The position numbers were made by a program, and so were the translations under genes. Of a stretch of DNA of 64,000 nucleotides, positions 37,762 through 50,930 are shown piece after piece (positions within the stretch are counted from its first letter, which is position 1; every line of letters begins with the position of its first letter). This DNA is from Guillardia theta CCMP2712 (taxonomy: Eukaryota; Protista; Cryptophyta): assembly GCF_000315625.1 (NCBI RefSeq), contig NW_005434604.1, positions 366,791 to 430,790 on the forward strand, given 5' to 3'. The notes below the pieces were generated by a model, which was not told where the DNA came from, did no database searches, and saw only the letters and a program-made list of their open reading frames with translations.

Positions 37762-40700
37762 GTGACGACCTTTGATTGCCGCAGGTTGACGAGGAAGAGG
37801 AAAAAGCGCACGAGCGGGTCGTAGGAGCCAGCAGCACGACCAAAGCCATAGGGCTGAACGCCACCCTCGCGGGACTGAGGCTGAGTCGAGCGATCCATCT
37901 CTGCAGGGAGGAGCTGATGAGAGAGGCGCTGGAGCATGTGACACGATGAGGAACCAAGAAGCGACGCGAGGGACAAGGAGCTTGTCGGACGGATTGTCTG
38001 AGCGTAGAAGTCGCATCTATTTGGGCGCGGGGTGACGAGGCCTTGCTGGAGCTTGTATTCATGCATATGGGATATATGCTACCATAGGGCAAGCGTTGTG
38101 TAGATCCATCGGCTTCGGTATACTACAGTTGCGACGACCAGACGACGGGTGTAAGGATGACTTTGACACGTGACATGGACGCCTGCATGCGTTGCTTGCG
38201 ATGATTGCGGGGACGGGAAGCGCTTTGTACTAGCGAGAAGTGCAAGGCGACGGGCTGGCTGAAGGGAGAGGAGCAAACGGCGGCAGAGGGGCAGGTAGAC
38301 CAAAGACAGCTTCTTGTCGAGAGATGACTCATGGAACCAAGCGCCGCCAATGCTGCCAGGAGACATCATCATTCAAACACATAAACACATATACCTTGCC
38401 TTCTATTACACATTATACCTTCCATGGAGTGGCCTATTCAAGGGCTCGTTCCTCGATTTCAAGGCAGGCAAGGGAGATCGGTCGAGCGCATTTGGGTCCC
38501 CCAATGAACACACATCGTCAGCTGTGCCATGCTCATAGGGCATGCTTGGCAACCATCAGTATGACAGATGAAGAGAACACGCGGTTGCGTAGCTATCTGC
38601 CGCCCACGCGAGTACGGCCCGGCAAGTATCAAATCACTCCAGGCGCAGGCAAGAAGGCGAGACTGGCCTGACTAGGCAGAAGCATCCGTGTGATATCGCT
38701 GATCCGCTCAGGGCACAGTCTGGGCGCTTGCGATATGCGTCCAGATGATCGAGGTCGATCCGACAGGAGTTGCAGCAGGAAACGCTTGGCGTACGTCGGT
38801 CTGGGATGCTTGTTTTTGCGTGGTGACATGGCAGACGTTTGCCGTGACAGACGCTGCATATGGTCAGGTGAGCGTATAGAGTAATACTCCTGCAGGCTTC
38901 AGGCGCCTCACGCTCCTTCGACCTACTCGCTTACACCCTGCACAAGCGCTGGCAGCTTCTGTTTGCGTTTGACGCTGTACGGAGCCTTGCCGGTCGTGAG
39001 TGCTTCATGTATCCACGAGCAGCACGGAGGCTGATGGCGATGAGAGGAGGCTTGGAGGTCGAGGGGAAGGGGCCGTCCCTCTCCGTCTCCCGCATCCTCA
39101 TCGTCTCCTCCGTGTCGCATGCTACTGGTCCTTGCTAGTCGCCATGAAGGCCGGGAAGGAAGATGGGGGCGCATCTTGGTGGGGGCAGGGGGGGTGGGGG
39201 TGGAAGTTTAAAAGCCGATTGTTTTTTAAAACCGAGCGAAATCGGGGAGCCTGAGAACAGACATGAAGGCGAGGGCACTCAGAGGGAAGAGGAAGGGAGG
39301 GAGGCTTGGAGGAGAGAGGGAGAGGCTCGGGACGAGTCTGAGACCAAGCGCGGTCTGTGAGATGATGATGGGCGTACTCAAAACAGCAGAGATGTCACGG
39401 GAAGGCACACTGATGCCTGTCACAGGAAGGATAGGGTCTACGGTACAGGAAGGATAGGCTTATGCTGATATAGGACATGAAAGCAAACCATACAGCTGCT
39501 GAGGCCAAACATACAGCTGCGGAGGCAAAACATACAGCAGCAGTTATGTACAGAGGCAGCCATGTTGATCGAACGATGGAGATACATCCAGGAAGAAGAG
39601 TGAGTACCAGGGCATATCAAGAGCAGGAGCTTAGTGGAGACACACTTGAGGAGCAAGGGAGTCAGTGGGGAAGCTGCGGATGAGGAGAGGTAGCCGGATG
39701 GATAGGCAGTGCAAAGCAAGATGACATCTGTTTGCAGCGACAGCACAAGCAAGGTTGAAAGGGTTCACAAGGACACAAGGAGGGAGGGAGGGAGGGAGGG
39801 AGGGTGATAGAGAGGGAAAGGGAGGCTGAGAACTTGTCCCAGGCTCACTGCTGGATGGCAACCAGAGATCCTGACGATGCACCTTGCCGTACTCAGAGCT
39901 CCTGGCTTCCAGCTTGATGGCGGGATGCACAGGAAGCACAGGAAGGCGTCGGAGTCGAGGAGATCAGGGCATGGCATGAACAAGCAGGGCATGGTCGCAG
40001 AGAGGCAGCGGATGAGATCCGACGGGGTGAGCTGCGAGACATTTGCTCCAAACCATGGACTGACAGAAGAAGGGGGGCGAGTAGAAAGCATCCTATTTGA
40101 TACGGAGCGATCAAGAGAAAATAGGCTGGGCCGAGCAAGTGCGTCGTTAGATCAGTGTCGATGATCAGAGCAAACCCAGCAGGCCGCATCTTTGGCTACG
40201 GCCCATGCTAGAAAAGGCGACTTTACGCAGGCTGCGAGGCCCAGGCCCGCGGTCCTGCGATCCTACGATCCCGCACCTGTCCACGACCAAAGTCCAGACG
40301 GATCAGGGAATGACGACCGGGATGGATCAACAGGCGCCGCAGGAAGGCGCTTTCTCCTGGCTGGTAGCACCAGTAAGATCATCATCAGCCTATTGATTCC
40401 TCTTCTTTGTCGATGCCGGTAAGGCTTGGCCGGACCTGGAGTCACGGACGGAGAGGCTGGAGATAGGTGAGGGTATCTGTATGCGAGCCATCAGGACGAG
40501 AGTCTTGGCACGCGTGCACAGCTTCCCGTGCGGTGTAAGGCGTTCAGGAGGCGAACCGCAGATCGAGCTGGTCTAGGGGCAAGGGGACGATAGCACAAGC
40601 TCCAGGCCTAAGGATTTCTGTGATCTTGAGTCCTTTTACCCCAGGCCTGGTGAAGGCTGGACACAGCCGGTCCCGTCAGCCTCTGCAGCTGCGTGAGTGT

Positions 40701-40968
40701 GCTTGTGCCATTCTCAGCTTCAAGACAGATCCTACAGACGAGGCGCCTGCTCGAGGCGGGGACATGAGACGTACGCCAATAGGCCAAGGCAGGCGTGAGA
40801 TGCAGGAGTCTGCATGTATATACATCACTCGCGACAAACTGCTCCCTGTACACACTGCGAGCTCGGTGCTGTCCGGGGGTAAGAAGGATGCAGGTGCAGG
40901 CGACTGCGACAGTGGAATGGCCCCTGGGGCTGCTGCTACGGACTGGCCGCTGCTCTCCGCTGTGGTTG

Positions 40969-41622
40969 TCATCGCATGACGTGCCGCAGAGCCTCGCCCC
41001 AAAGCTCCTCCCTTGACATGTGGATGGGTCGGGGCAGCCCCGCTCCCTCGCTCCAGCTGCTGTATGCGATGCCTATCGATGCCCGAGCCTCGTCGTCATC
41101 CCCACGACTTGTGCTCTTCTTGTCTTCGCCTTCCGCGTCCTCTTCGCTCTCGTCCTCGTCCTCCCGCTCGTCGCCTTCTGACGACGACGATGCACCTTGC
41201 CGTACGCAGAGCTCCTGCCTGCCAGCTTGATGGCTGTCACTGGGCCGGTCAGTCCTGTCTCGGGCTTGCTCGTCTACTCTACTGGCTGCCATGCTTATCT
41301 GACCTGCCCCGATCTTTGCTCTCCGCTTCTTCGAGTCCTTGGACCCTCGAGGCCTCCCCGCCTTCCCGCATGGCTTCCGCCTCCTCGCGTAGTCCTCCCG
41401 CTCCTCCTCCGTCCATAGCGCCTCCGTCACGTTCCACCATGTCCGCCGGTTCCAGATGTCTCGGATGGCCTTGGCCGTAACGCCGTGCTTGAGGCCTACC
41501 GAGGCGCTTGCGGCGGTCTTGATTTTCTTATCGTTTGTGCGGAGCTTGTAGATCTCGACGATGGTGTCGCGGGAGAGCACTCCTCGAGTACGGAAGCAGT
41601 CGTGGTCAGGGGAGTACTTCAT
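40969..41622 (-). CDS. HTH + AT-hook protein, gene A copy 3
   Basis: Protein identical to copy 2. Confidence 0.7.
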   Translation of the reverse strand: MKYSPDHDCFRTRGVLSRDTIVEIYKLRTNDKKIKTAASASVGLKHGVTAKAIRDIWNRRTWWNVTEALWTEEEREDYARRRKPCGKAGRPRGSKDSKKRRAKIGAGQISMAASRVDEQARDRTDRPSDSHQAGRQELCVRQGASSSSEGDEREDEDESEEDAEGEDKKSTSRGDDDEARASIGIAYSSWSEGAGLPRPIHMSREELWGEALRHVMR

Positions 41623-43833
41623 GCTGGCTACAAAGCCGGCACGGACGACGAGGTGATAGCGGGAAGGATCACCGAGAGGGGTCGACTAGCCAGCCCGGCA
41701 AAGGAGATCGCCTGAAGCTTGAGGGGGCCACGCTCGGCAAGCAGAGAAGAGCTTAGGGCGAGGGCGAGGGATGGCTAAGCTGGACGACAAAGCAAGCGGA
41801 GTCTTAGATGAGACAACAGTGATGGTCAAGAATAGACTCAACGATCGGATGGAAGTGCTGGGCGTTGGCTCAAGAGCATGGCGGACGGGAGCAAGATGAG
41901 AAGGGACGACAGGTCAGATGAGAAGCAAAGCGGATAAGGCAGAAAGCAAGAGAAGGCGAGGAGGAAGGGACGGACGGACGGACGCGGAGAGCGACGAGCA
42001 AGGGGAGACAGCGAGACAGGAGACTAGAGACTAGGGCGCGAGGCCGAGAGACAGGGCCTATCGAGACCATGATCTGCAGAAGGGATCAGCTGCGGTGGGT
42101 GCGACTAGGGTGAGGGTAGGTAAGGATGCGTGCCGTGACGAGGGTAAGCCTGAGACAGCCTGGAGCAGGCAGACGGTGTGTTGGAAGGCGGACGACAGCG
42201 CTCGAGACCAGCGACCAGCTCACTGCGAGGCTGCAGCGCGAGGGTTTGACTTGAGCAACAATGACTTCGAGGCTTTGTAAAGGGGTGGGTGCGGGTCGTT
42301 TCAGCGCAGCGGATCCAACGCCGCTTAGAGCAGGAGGCGCCTCGCTGTTTGCTGCAGCTTGCTGCTCAGCATCGCATTCGCGGGTTGCTGCCATACCGTA
42401 CTGCTCTCTGGTTGCTGAGGGCCTGTGTGATTGTGGGAGCTCGATAACAAGGCCGAAGCAACCGCTACGGAAGGCTGCGACCGATGCCAAGCGATGTACT
42501 GCCAGCACATGGATGCCCATATATAAACCCTCGAACACAGAACACTACAAGGACGGCAAGAGATGAGCAGGCTGACTCGCCGAGTGACCGCCTTGACTAT
42601 TGAGGTCTCACGATACCCGAGCATACGAAGAGAGAGGTAGCTTGCACACAGCCGGCATAGATGGGTATAGGGCCATACCGGGTTGCAAGACTGTAAGAGG
42701 AGGATAGAGAGCGGGCGGGGCGGCAAACGAGGAGAAACGAGAGGATGTCTCACAGCAGGGAAGATGGATCAAGGATGAAAGACGATGACAGTGGAGAGGG
42801 ACAGCAAACGGCAGTGAGAATCAAAGTGGGGTAGGGCGGAGTATACCAGCCAGACGATGGCAACCTACAGGACAAGAAGCAAGAGTGGAAATAAGGGATG
42901 GAGTGATACAAGGAGGGAGGGCGTCAAAAGGAGAGAGAAACCTCTCCACCTGAACCCTTCGTCCTACAGTTAGCAACAACTATGGCCTGTACTGTCCAGT
43001 CTATCCATCCTCAAGGCAAGCTGTCAGCTACGTGTGGACGAGCATAACTCGCCGTACAGCATGTCGAAAGGATGCTCAGACCGGATGTGCATATACGATG
43101 CAGGGTATGCACTTTGCCACCATCGTCACGATACACTTCTTGCATATCTCAAGTCATCGCAGACGCCTTTCAGCTCTGATTCCAGTGGCCGTGCCCTCCA
43201 CGGGTGGGTTCGTAGGGTGGAACACTTGATTCTGGTACTCGAGAGCATGTTCAGATGATACATATCGACCACCAGAGTCCCAAAGGTCGGCACATGCTCG
43301 CTCATTGCTGCTAAAGAGCAGACACGTCATCGTTTCAATGCCAACACAAACAGAACGGTCGTCAACACAGAACCTCTGATCTGCAGATGGCAGTCTGATA
43401 TCGTTTGCTGATCAAGCCCTCGCTCAAAGCCCTGTAGCCATCAGAGCGCAGATGACAGATCGACTGGCCGTGCACGAGATCTCAGCTCATCGATGCATGC
43501 AGCTTGATGCCCAACTCCGGCAGCTTCCAAGCCAGCAGCTTCTCCTGCCCCCGGCATGTCTCCGTGTCGCCCTCCTGGTTCTCCTCCCGTACAAAATTAA
43601 CTAATACATCGTTGATGTTCTAATCGTAAAATATGCCCCCTGCCCCCCCCCCCCCCTACAAGACACTCCTCGGCTCTCTCCATGGTTGCCACAAGAGAAT
43701 ATGGCAGCAAGCATGCTGAACTCCAAGGAGAAAGCAAGGCGCCAGATCACAGTAGTGCTGTGTCAAGATACCTGATACGACAATGTGGCCATGAGCTCAA
43801 AGCAGAGTCTATCAATTAGCTCTGCGCGTTCTC

Positions 43834-44301
43834 ATGCAGAGCTCTCCTGACCACGACTGCTTCCGTACTCGAGGAGTGCTCTCCCGCGACACCATCGTCG
43901 AGATCTACAAGCTCCGCACAAACGATAAGAAAATCAAGACCGCCGCAAGCGCCTCGGTAGGCCTCAAGCACGGCGTTACGGCCAAGGCCATCCGAGACAT
44001 CTGGAACCGGCGGACATGGTGGAACGTGACGGAGGCGCTATGGACGGAGGAGGAGCGGGAGGACTACGCGAGGAGGCGGAAGCCATGCGGGAAGGCGGGG
44101 AGGCCTCGAGGGTCCAAGGACTCGAAGCCTCGCAAGTCAAGGCGAAAGCAGGTAGAGCCCGACCAGGCGGAGGGACAAGTCAAAGCTCAGGAGAGCGAGA
44201 AGAGCGAGAGCAGTGACGACGACAAGCTCTCGGTAGACATTGAGGAGGTGAGAGAGTGGTGCCACCAGCAGGTGCCTAGAGACCAGGGCACTACAGCATA
44301 G
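43834..44301 (+). CDS. HTH + AT-hook protein, gene B copy
   Basis: Protein identical to 37294-37761. Confidence 0.75.
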   Translation: MQSSPDHDCFRTRGVLSRDTIVEIYKLRTNDKKIKTAASASVGLKHGVTAKAIRDIWNRRTWWNVTEALWTEEEREDYARRRKPCGKAGRPRGSKDSKPRKSRRKQVEPDQAEGQVKAQESEKSESSDDDKLSVDIEEVREWCHQQVPRDQGTTA

Positions 44302-47300
44302 GTGACGACCTTTGATTGCCGCAGGTTGACGAGGAAGAGGAAAAAGCGCACGAGCGGGTCGTAGGAGCCAGCAGCACGACCAAAGCCATAGGGCTGAACG
44401 CCACCCTCGCGGGACTGAGGCTGAGTCGAGCGATCCATCTCTGCAGGGAGGAGCTGATGAGAGAGGCGCTGGAGCATGTGACACGATGAGGAACCAAGAA
44501 GCGACGCGAGGGACAAGGAGCTTGTCGGACGGATTGTCTGAGCGTAGAAGTCGCATCTATTTGGGCGCGGGGTGACGAGGCCTTGCTGGAGCTTGTATTC
44601 ATGCATATGGGATATATGCTACCATAGGGCAAGCGTTGTGTAGATCCATCGGCTTCGGTATACTACAGTTGCGACGACCAGACGACGGGTGTAAGGATGA
44701 CTTTGACACGTGACATGGACGCCTGCATGCGTTGCTTGCGATGATTGCGGGGACGGGAAGCGCTTTGTACTAGCGAGAAGTGCAAGGCGACGGGCTGGCT
44801 GAAGGGAGAGGAGCAAACGGCGGCAGAGGGGCAGGTAGACCAAAGACAGCTTCTTGTCGAGAGATGACTCATGGAACCAAGCGCCGCCAATGCTGCCAGG
44901 AGACATCATCATTCAAACACATAAACACATATACCTTGCCTTCTATTACACATTATACCTTCCATGGAGTGGCCTATTCAAGGGCTCGTTCCTCGATTTC
45001 AAGGCAGGCAAGGGAGATCGGTCGAGCGCATTTGGGTCCCCCAATGAACACACATCGTCAGCTGTGCCATGCTCATAGGGCATGCTTGGCAACCATCAGT
45101 ATGACAGATGAAGAGAACACGCGGTTGCGTAGCTATCTGCCGCCCACGCGAGTACGACCCGGCAAGTATCAAATCACTCCAGGCGCAGGCAAGAAGGCGA
45201 GACTGGCCTGACTAGGCAGAAGCATCCGTGTGATATCGCTGATCCGCTCAGGGCACAGTCTGGGCGCTTGCGATATGCGTCCAGATGATCGAGGTCGATC
45301 CGACAGGAGTTGCAGCAGGAAACGCTTGGCGTACGTCAGTCTGGGATGCTTGTTTTTGCGTGGTGACATGGCAGACGTTTGCCGTGACAGACGCTGCATA
45401 TGGTCAGGTGAGCGTATAGAGTAATACTCCTGCAGGCTTCAGGCGCCTCACGCTCCTTCGACCTACTCGCTTACACCCTGCACAAGCGCTGGCAGCTTCT
45501 GTTTGCGTTTGACGCTGTACGGAGCCTTGCCGGTCGTGAGTGCTTCATGTATCCACGAGCAGCACGGAGGCTGATGGCGATGAGAGGAGGCTTGGAGGTC
45601 GAGGGGAAGGGGCCGTCCCTCTCCGTCTCCCGCATCCTCATCGTCTCCTCCGTGTCGCATGCTACTGGTCCTTGCTAGTCGCCATGAAGGCCGGGAAGGA
45701 AGATGGGGGCGCATCTTGGTGGGGGCAGGGGGGGTGGGGGTGGAAGTTTAAAAGCCGATTGTTTTTTAAAACCGAGCGAAATCGGGGAGCCTGAGAACAG
45801 ACATGAAGGCGAGGGCACTCAGAGGGAAGAGGAAGGGAGGGAGGCTTGGAGGAGAGAGGGAGAGGCTCGGGACGAGTCTGAGACCAAGCGCGGTCTGTGA
45901 GATGATGATGGGCGTACTCAAAACAGCAGAGATGTCACGGGAAGGCACACTGATGCCTGTCACAGGAAGGATAGGGTCTACGGTACAGGAAGGATAGGCT
46001 TATGCTGATATAGGACATGAAAGCAAACCATACAGCTGCTGAGGCCAAACATACAGCTGCGGAGGCAAAACATACAGCAGCAGTTATGTACAGAGGCAGC
46101 CATGTTGATCGAACGATGGAGATACATCCAGGAAGAAGAGTGAGTACCAGGGCATATCAAGAGCAGGAGCTTAGTGGAGACACACTTGAGGAGCAAGGGA
46201 GTCAGTGGGGAAGCTGCGGATGAGGAGAGGTAGCCGGATGGATAGGCAGTGCAAAGCAAGATGACATCTGTTTGCAGCGACAGCACAAGCAAGGTTGAAA
46301 GGGTTCACAAGGAGGGAGGGAGGGAGGGAGGGAGGGTGATAGAGAGGGAAAGGGAGGCTGAGAACTTGTCCCAGGCTCACTGCTGGATGAGCTTGGCAAC
46401 CAGAGATCCTGACGATGCACCTTGCCGTACGCAGAGCTCCTGGCTTCCAGCTTGATGGCGGGATGCACAGGAAGGCGTCGGAGTCGAGGAGATCAGGGCA
46501 TGGCATGAACAAGCAGGGCATGGTCGCAGAGAGGCAGCGGATGAGATCCGACGGGGTGAGCTGCGAGACATTTGCTCCAAACCATGGACTGACAGAAGAA
46601 GGGGGGCGAGTAGAAAGCATCCTATTTGATACGGAGCGATCAAGAGAAAATAGGCTGGGCCGAGCAAGTGCGTCGTTAGATCAGTGTCGATGATCAGAGC
46701 AAACCCAGCAGGCCGCATCTTTGGCTACGGCCCATGCTAGAAAAGGCGACTTTACGCAGGCTGCGAGGCCCAGGCCCGCGGTCCTGCGATCCTACGATCC
46801 CGCACCTGTCCACGACCAAAGTCCAGACGGATCAGGGAATGACGACCGGGATGGATCAACAGGCGCCGCAGGAAGGCGCTTTCTCCTGGCTGGTAGCACC
46901 AGTAAGATCATCATCAGCCTATTGATTCCTCTTCTTTGTCGATGCCGGTAAGGCTTGGCCGGACCTGGAGTCACGGACGGAGAGGCTGGAGATAGGTGAG
47001 GGTATCTGTATGCGAGCCATCAGGACGAGAGTCTTGGCACGCGTGCACAGCTTCCCGTGCGGTGTAAGGCGTTCAGGAGGCGAACCGCAGATCGAGCTGG
47101 TCTAGGGGCAAGGGGACGATAGCACAAGCTCCAGGCCTAAGGATTTCTGTGATCTTGAGTCCTTTTACCCCAGGCCTGGTGAAGGCTGGACACAGCCGGT
47201 CCCGTCAGCCTCTGCAGCTGCGTGAGTGTGCTTGTGCCATTCTCAGCTTCAAGACAGATCCTACAGACGAGGCGCCTGCTCGAGGCGGGGACATGAGACG

Positions 47301-47497
47301 TACGCCAATAGGCCAAGGCAGGCGTGAGATGCAGGAGTCTGCATGTATATACATCACTCGCGACAAACTGCTCCCTGTACACACTGCGAGCTCGGTGCTG
47401 TCCGGGGGTAAGAAGGATGCAGGTGCAGGCGACTGCGACAGTGGAATGGCCCCTGGGGCTGCTGCTACGGACTGGCCGCTGCTCTCCGCTGTGGTTG

Positions 47498-48151
47498 TCA
47501 TCGCATGACGTGCCGCAGAGCCTCGCCCCAAAGCTCCTCCCTTGACATGTGGATGGGTCGGGGCAGCCCCGCTCCCTCGCTCCAGCTGCTGTATGCAATG
47601 CCTATCGATGCCCGAGCCTCGTCGTCATCCCCACGACTTGTGCTCTTCTTGTCTTCGCCTTCCGCGTCCTCTTCGCTCTCGTCCTCGTCCTCCCGCTCGT
47701 CGCCTTCTGACGACGACGATGCACCTTGCCGTACGCAGAGCTCCTGCCTGCCAGCTTGATGGCTGTCACTGGGCCGGTCAGTCCTGTCTCGGGCTTGCTC
47801 GTCTACTCTACTGGCTGCCATGCTTATCTGACCTGCCCCGATCTTTGCTCTCCGCTTCTTCGAGTCCTTGGACCCTCGAGGCCTCCCCGCCTTCCCGCAT
47901 GGCTTCCGCCTCCTCGCGTAGTCCTCCCGCTCCTCCTCCGTCCATAGCGCCTCCGTCACGTTCCACCATGTCCGCCGGTTCCAGATGTCTCTGATGGCCT
48001 TGGCCGTAACGCCGTGCTTGAGGCCTACCGAGGCGCTTGCGGCGGTCTTGATTTTCTTATCGTTTGTGCGGAGCTTGTAGATCTCGACGATGGTGTCGCG
48101 GGAGAGCACTCCTCGAGTACGGAAGCAGTCGTGGTCAGGGGAGTACTTCAT
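47498..48151 (-). CDS. HTH + AT-hook protein, gene A copy 4
   Basis: Protein identical to copy 2. Confidence 0.7.
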   Translation of the reverse strand: MKYSPDHDCFRTRGVLSRDTIVEIYKLRTNDKKIKTAASASVGLKHGVTAKAIRDIWNRRTWWNVTEALWTEEEREDYARRRKPCGKAGRPRGSKDSKKRRAKIGAGQISMAASRVDEQARDRTDRPSDSHQAGRQELCVRQGASSSSEGDEREDEDESEEDAEGEDKKSTSRGDDDEARASIGIAYSSWSEGAGLPRPIHMSREELWGEALRHVMR

Positions 48152-50462
48152 GCTGGCTGCAAAGTCGGCACGGACGACGAGGTGATACGGCGGGAAGGAT
48201 CACCGAGAGGGGTCGACTAGCCAGCCCGGCAAAGGAGATCGCCTGAAGCTTGAGGGGGCCACGCTCGGCAAGCAGAGAAGAGCTTAGGGCGAGGGCGAGG
48301 GATGGCTAAGCTGGACGACAAAGCAAGCGGAGTCTTAGATGAGACAACAGTGATGGTCAAGAATAGACTCAACGATCGGATGGAAGTGCTGGGCGTTGGC
48401 TCAAGAGCATGGCGGACGGGAGCAAGATGAGAAGGGACGACAGGTCAGATGAGAAGCAAAGCGGATAAGGCAGAAAGCAAGAGAAGGCGAGGAGGAAGGG
48501 ACGGACGGACGGACGCGGAGAGCGACGAGCAAGGGAGAGTCTGGCCGGAATCTTTCTTGGGCAAGGGGGGCATGGAAAGGGTAGGGTGGTATTCGGCTGT
48601 GGACTGCTGGAAAGGCAGGGGTGGGGTCCCGCACAAATGCGCACACATTTGGACCAAGCATGGCAGGGGACGCCACACGAGAGGTGGACAGAAAAGCCCG
48701 GGATGCTGCCAGGTTGCTGAGCATGCGAAGGAGACAGCGAGACAGGAGACTAGAGACTAGGGCGCGAGGCCGAGAGACAGGGCCTATCGAGACCATGATC
48801 TGCAGAAGGGATCAGCTGCGGTGGGTGCGACTAGGGTGAGGGTAGGTAAGGATGCGTGCCGTGACGAGGGTAAGCCTGAGACAGCCTGGAGCAGGCAGAC
48901 GGTGTGTTGGAAGGCGGACGACAGCGCTCGAGACCAGCGACCAGCTCACTGCGAGGCTGCAGCGCGAGGGTTTGACTTGAGCAACAATGACTTCGAGGCT
49001 TTGTAAAGGGGTGGGTGCGGGTCGTTTCAGCGCAGCGGATCCAACGCCGCTTAGAGCAGGAGGCGCCTCGCTGTTTGCTGCAGCTTGCTGCTCAGCATCG
49101 CATTCGCGGGTTGCTGCCATACCGTACTGCTCTCTGGTTGCTGAGGGCTGCTCAGCATCGCATTCGCGGGTTGCTGCCATACCGTACTGCTCTCTGGTTG
49201 CTGAGGGCCTGTGTGATTGTGGGACTGCCAGCACATGGATGCCCATATATAAACCCTCGAACACAGAACACTACAAGGACGGCAAGAGATGAGCAGGCTG
49301 ACTCGCCGAGTGACCGCCTTGACTATTGAGGTCTCACGATACCCGAGCATACGAAGAGAGAGGTAGCTTGCACACAGCCGGCATAGATGGGTATAGGGCC
49401 ATACCGGGTTGCAAGACTGTAAGAGGAGGATAGAGAGCGGGCGGGGCGGCAAACGAGGAGAAACGAGAGGATGTCTCACAGCAGGGAAGATGGATCAAGG
49501 ATGAAAGACGATGACAGTGGAGAGGGACAGCAAACGGCAGTGAGAATCAAAGTGGGGTAGGGCGGAGTATACCAGCCAGACGATGGCAACCTACAGGACA
49601 AGAAGCAAGAGTGGAAATAAGGGATGGAGTGATACAAGGAGGGAGGGCGTCAAAAGGAGAGAGAAACCTCTCCACCTGAACCCTTCGTCCTACAGTTAGC
49701 AACAACGAGCTGGCCATGGCAGAGCGGAGACGTGTAAGAGTCGCTTGGTCGGTCTGGACTTGTATGGCCTGTACTGTCCAGTCTATCCATCCTCAAGGCA
49801 AGCTGTCAGCTACGTGTGGACGAGCATAACTCGCCGTACAGCATGTCGAAAGGATGCTCAGACCGGATGTGCATATACGATGCAGGGTATGCACTTTACC
49901 ACCATCGTCACGATACACTTCTTGCATATCTCAAGTCATCGCAGACGCCTTTCAGCTCTGATTCCAGTGGCCGTGCCCTCCACGGGTGGGTTCGTAGGGT
50001 GGAACACTTGATTCTGGTACTCGAGAGCATGTTCAGATGATACATATCGACCACCAGAGTCCCAAAGGTCGGCACATGCTCGCTCATTGCTGCTAAAGAG
50101 CAGACACGTCATCGTTTCAATGCCAACACAAACAGAACGGTCGTCAACACAGAACCAAGCCCTCGCTCAAAGCCCTGTAGCCATCAGAGCGCAGATGACA
50201 GATCGACTGGCCGTGCACGAGATCTCAGCTCATCGATGCATGCAGCTTGATGTTCTAATCGTAAAATATGCCCCCTGCCCCCCCCTACAAGACACTCCTC
50301 GGCTCTCTCCCTGGATGCCACAAGAGAATATGGCAGCAAGCATGCTGAACTCCAAGGAGAAAGCAAGGCGCCAGATCACAGTAGTGCTGTGTCAAGATAC
50401 CTGAAATGACAATGCGGCCATGAGCTCAAAGCAGAGTCTATCAATTAGCTCTGCGCGTTCTC

Positions 50463-50930
50463 ATGCAGAGCTCTCCTGACCACGACTGCTTCCGTACTCG
50501 AGGAGTGCTCTCCCGCGACACCATCGTCGAGATCTACAAGCTCCGCACAAACGATAAGAAAATCAAGACCGCCGCAAGCGCCTCGGTAGGCCTCAAGCAC
50601 GGCGTTACGGCCAAGGCCATCAGAGACTTCTGGAACCGGCGGACATGGTGGAACGTGACGGAGGCGCTATGGACGGAGGAGGAGCGGGAGGACTACGCGA
50701 GGAGGCGGAAGCCATGCGGGAAGGCGGGGAGGCCTCGAGGGTCCAAGGACTCGAAGCCTCGCAAGTCAAGGCGAAAGCAGGTAGAGCCCGACCAGGCGGA
50801 GGGACAAGTCAAAGCTCAGGAGAGCGAGAAGAGCGAGAGCAGTGACGACGACAAGCTCTCGGTAGACATTGAGGAGGTGAGAGAGTGGTGCCACCAGCAG
50901 GTGCCTAGAGACCAGGGCACTACAGCATAG
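50463..50930 (+). CDS. HTH + AT-hook protein, gene B copy (I->F in RDIW)
   Basis: 155-aa ORF with AIRDFWN variant. Confidence 0.7.
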   Translation: MQSSPDHDCFRTRGVLSRDTIVEIYKLRTNDKKIKTAASASVGLKHGVTAKAIRDFWNRRTWWNVTEALWTEEEREDYARRRKPCGKAGRPRGSKDSKPRKSRRKQVEPDQAEGQVKAQESEKSESSDDDKLSVDIEEVREWCHQQVPRDQGTTA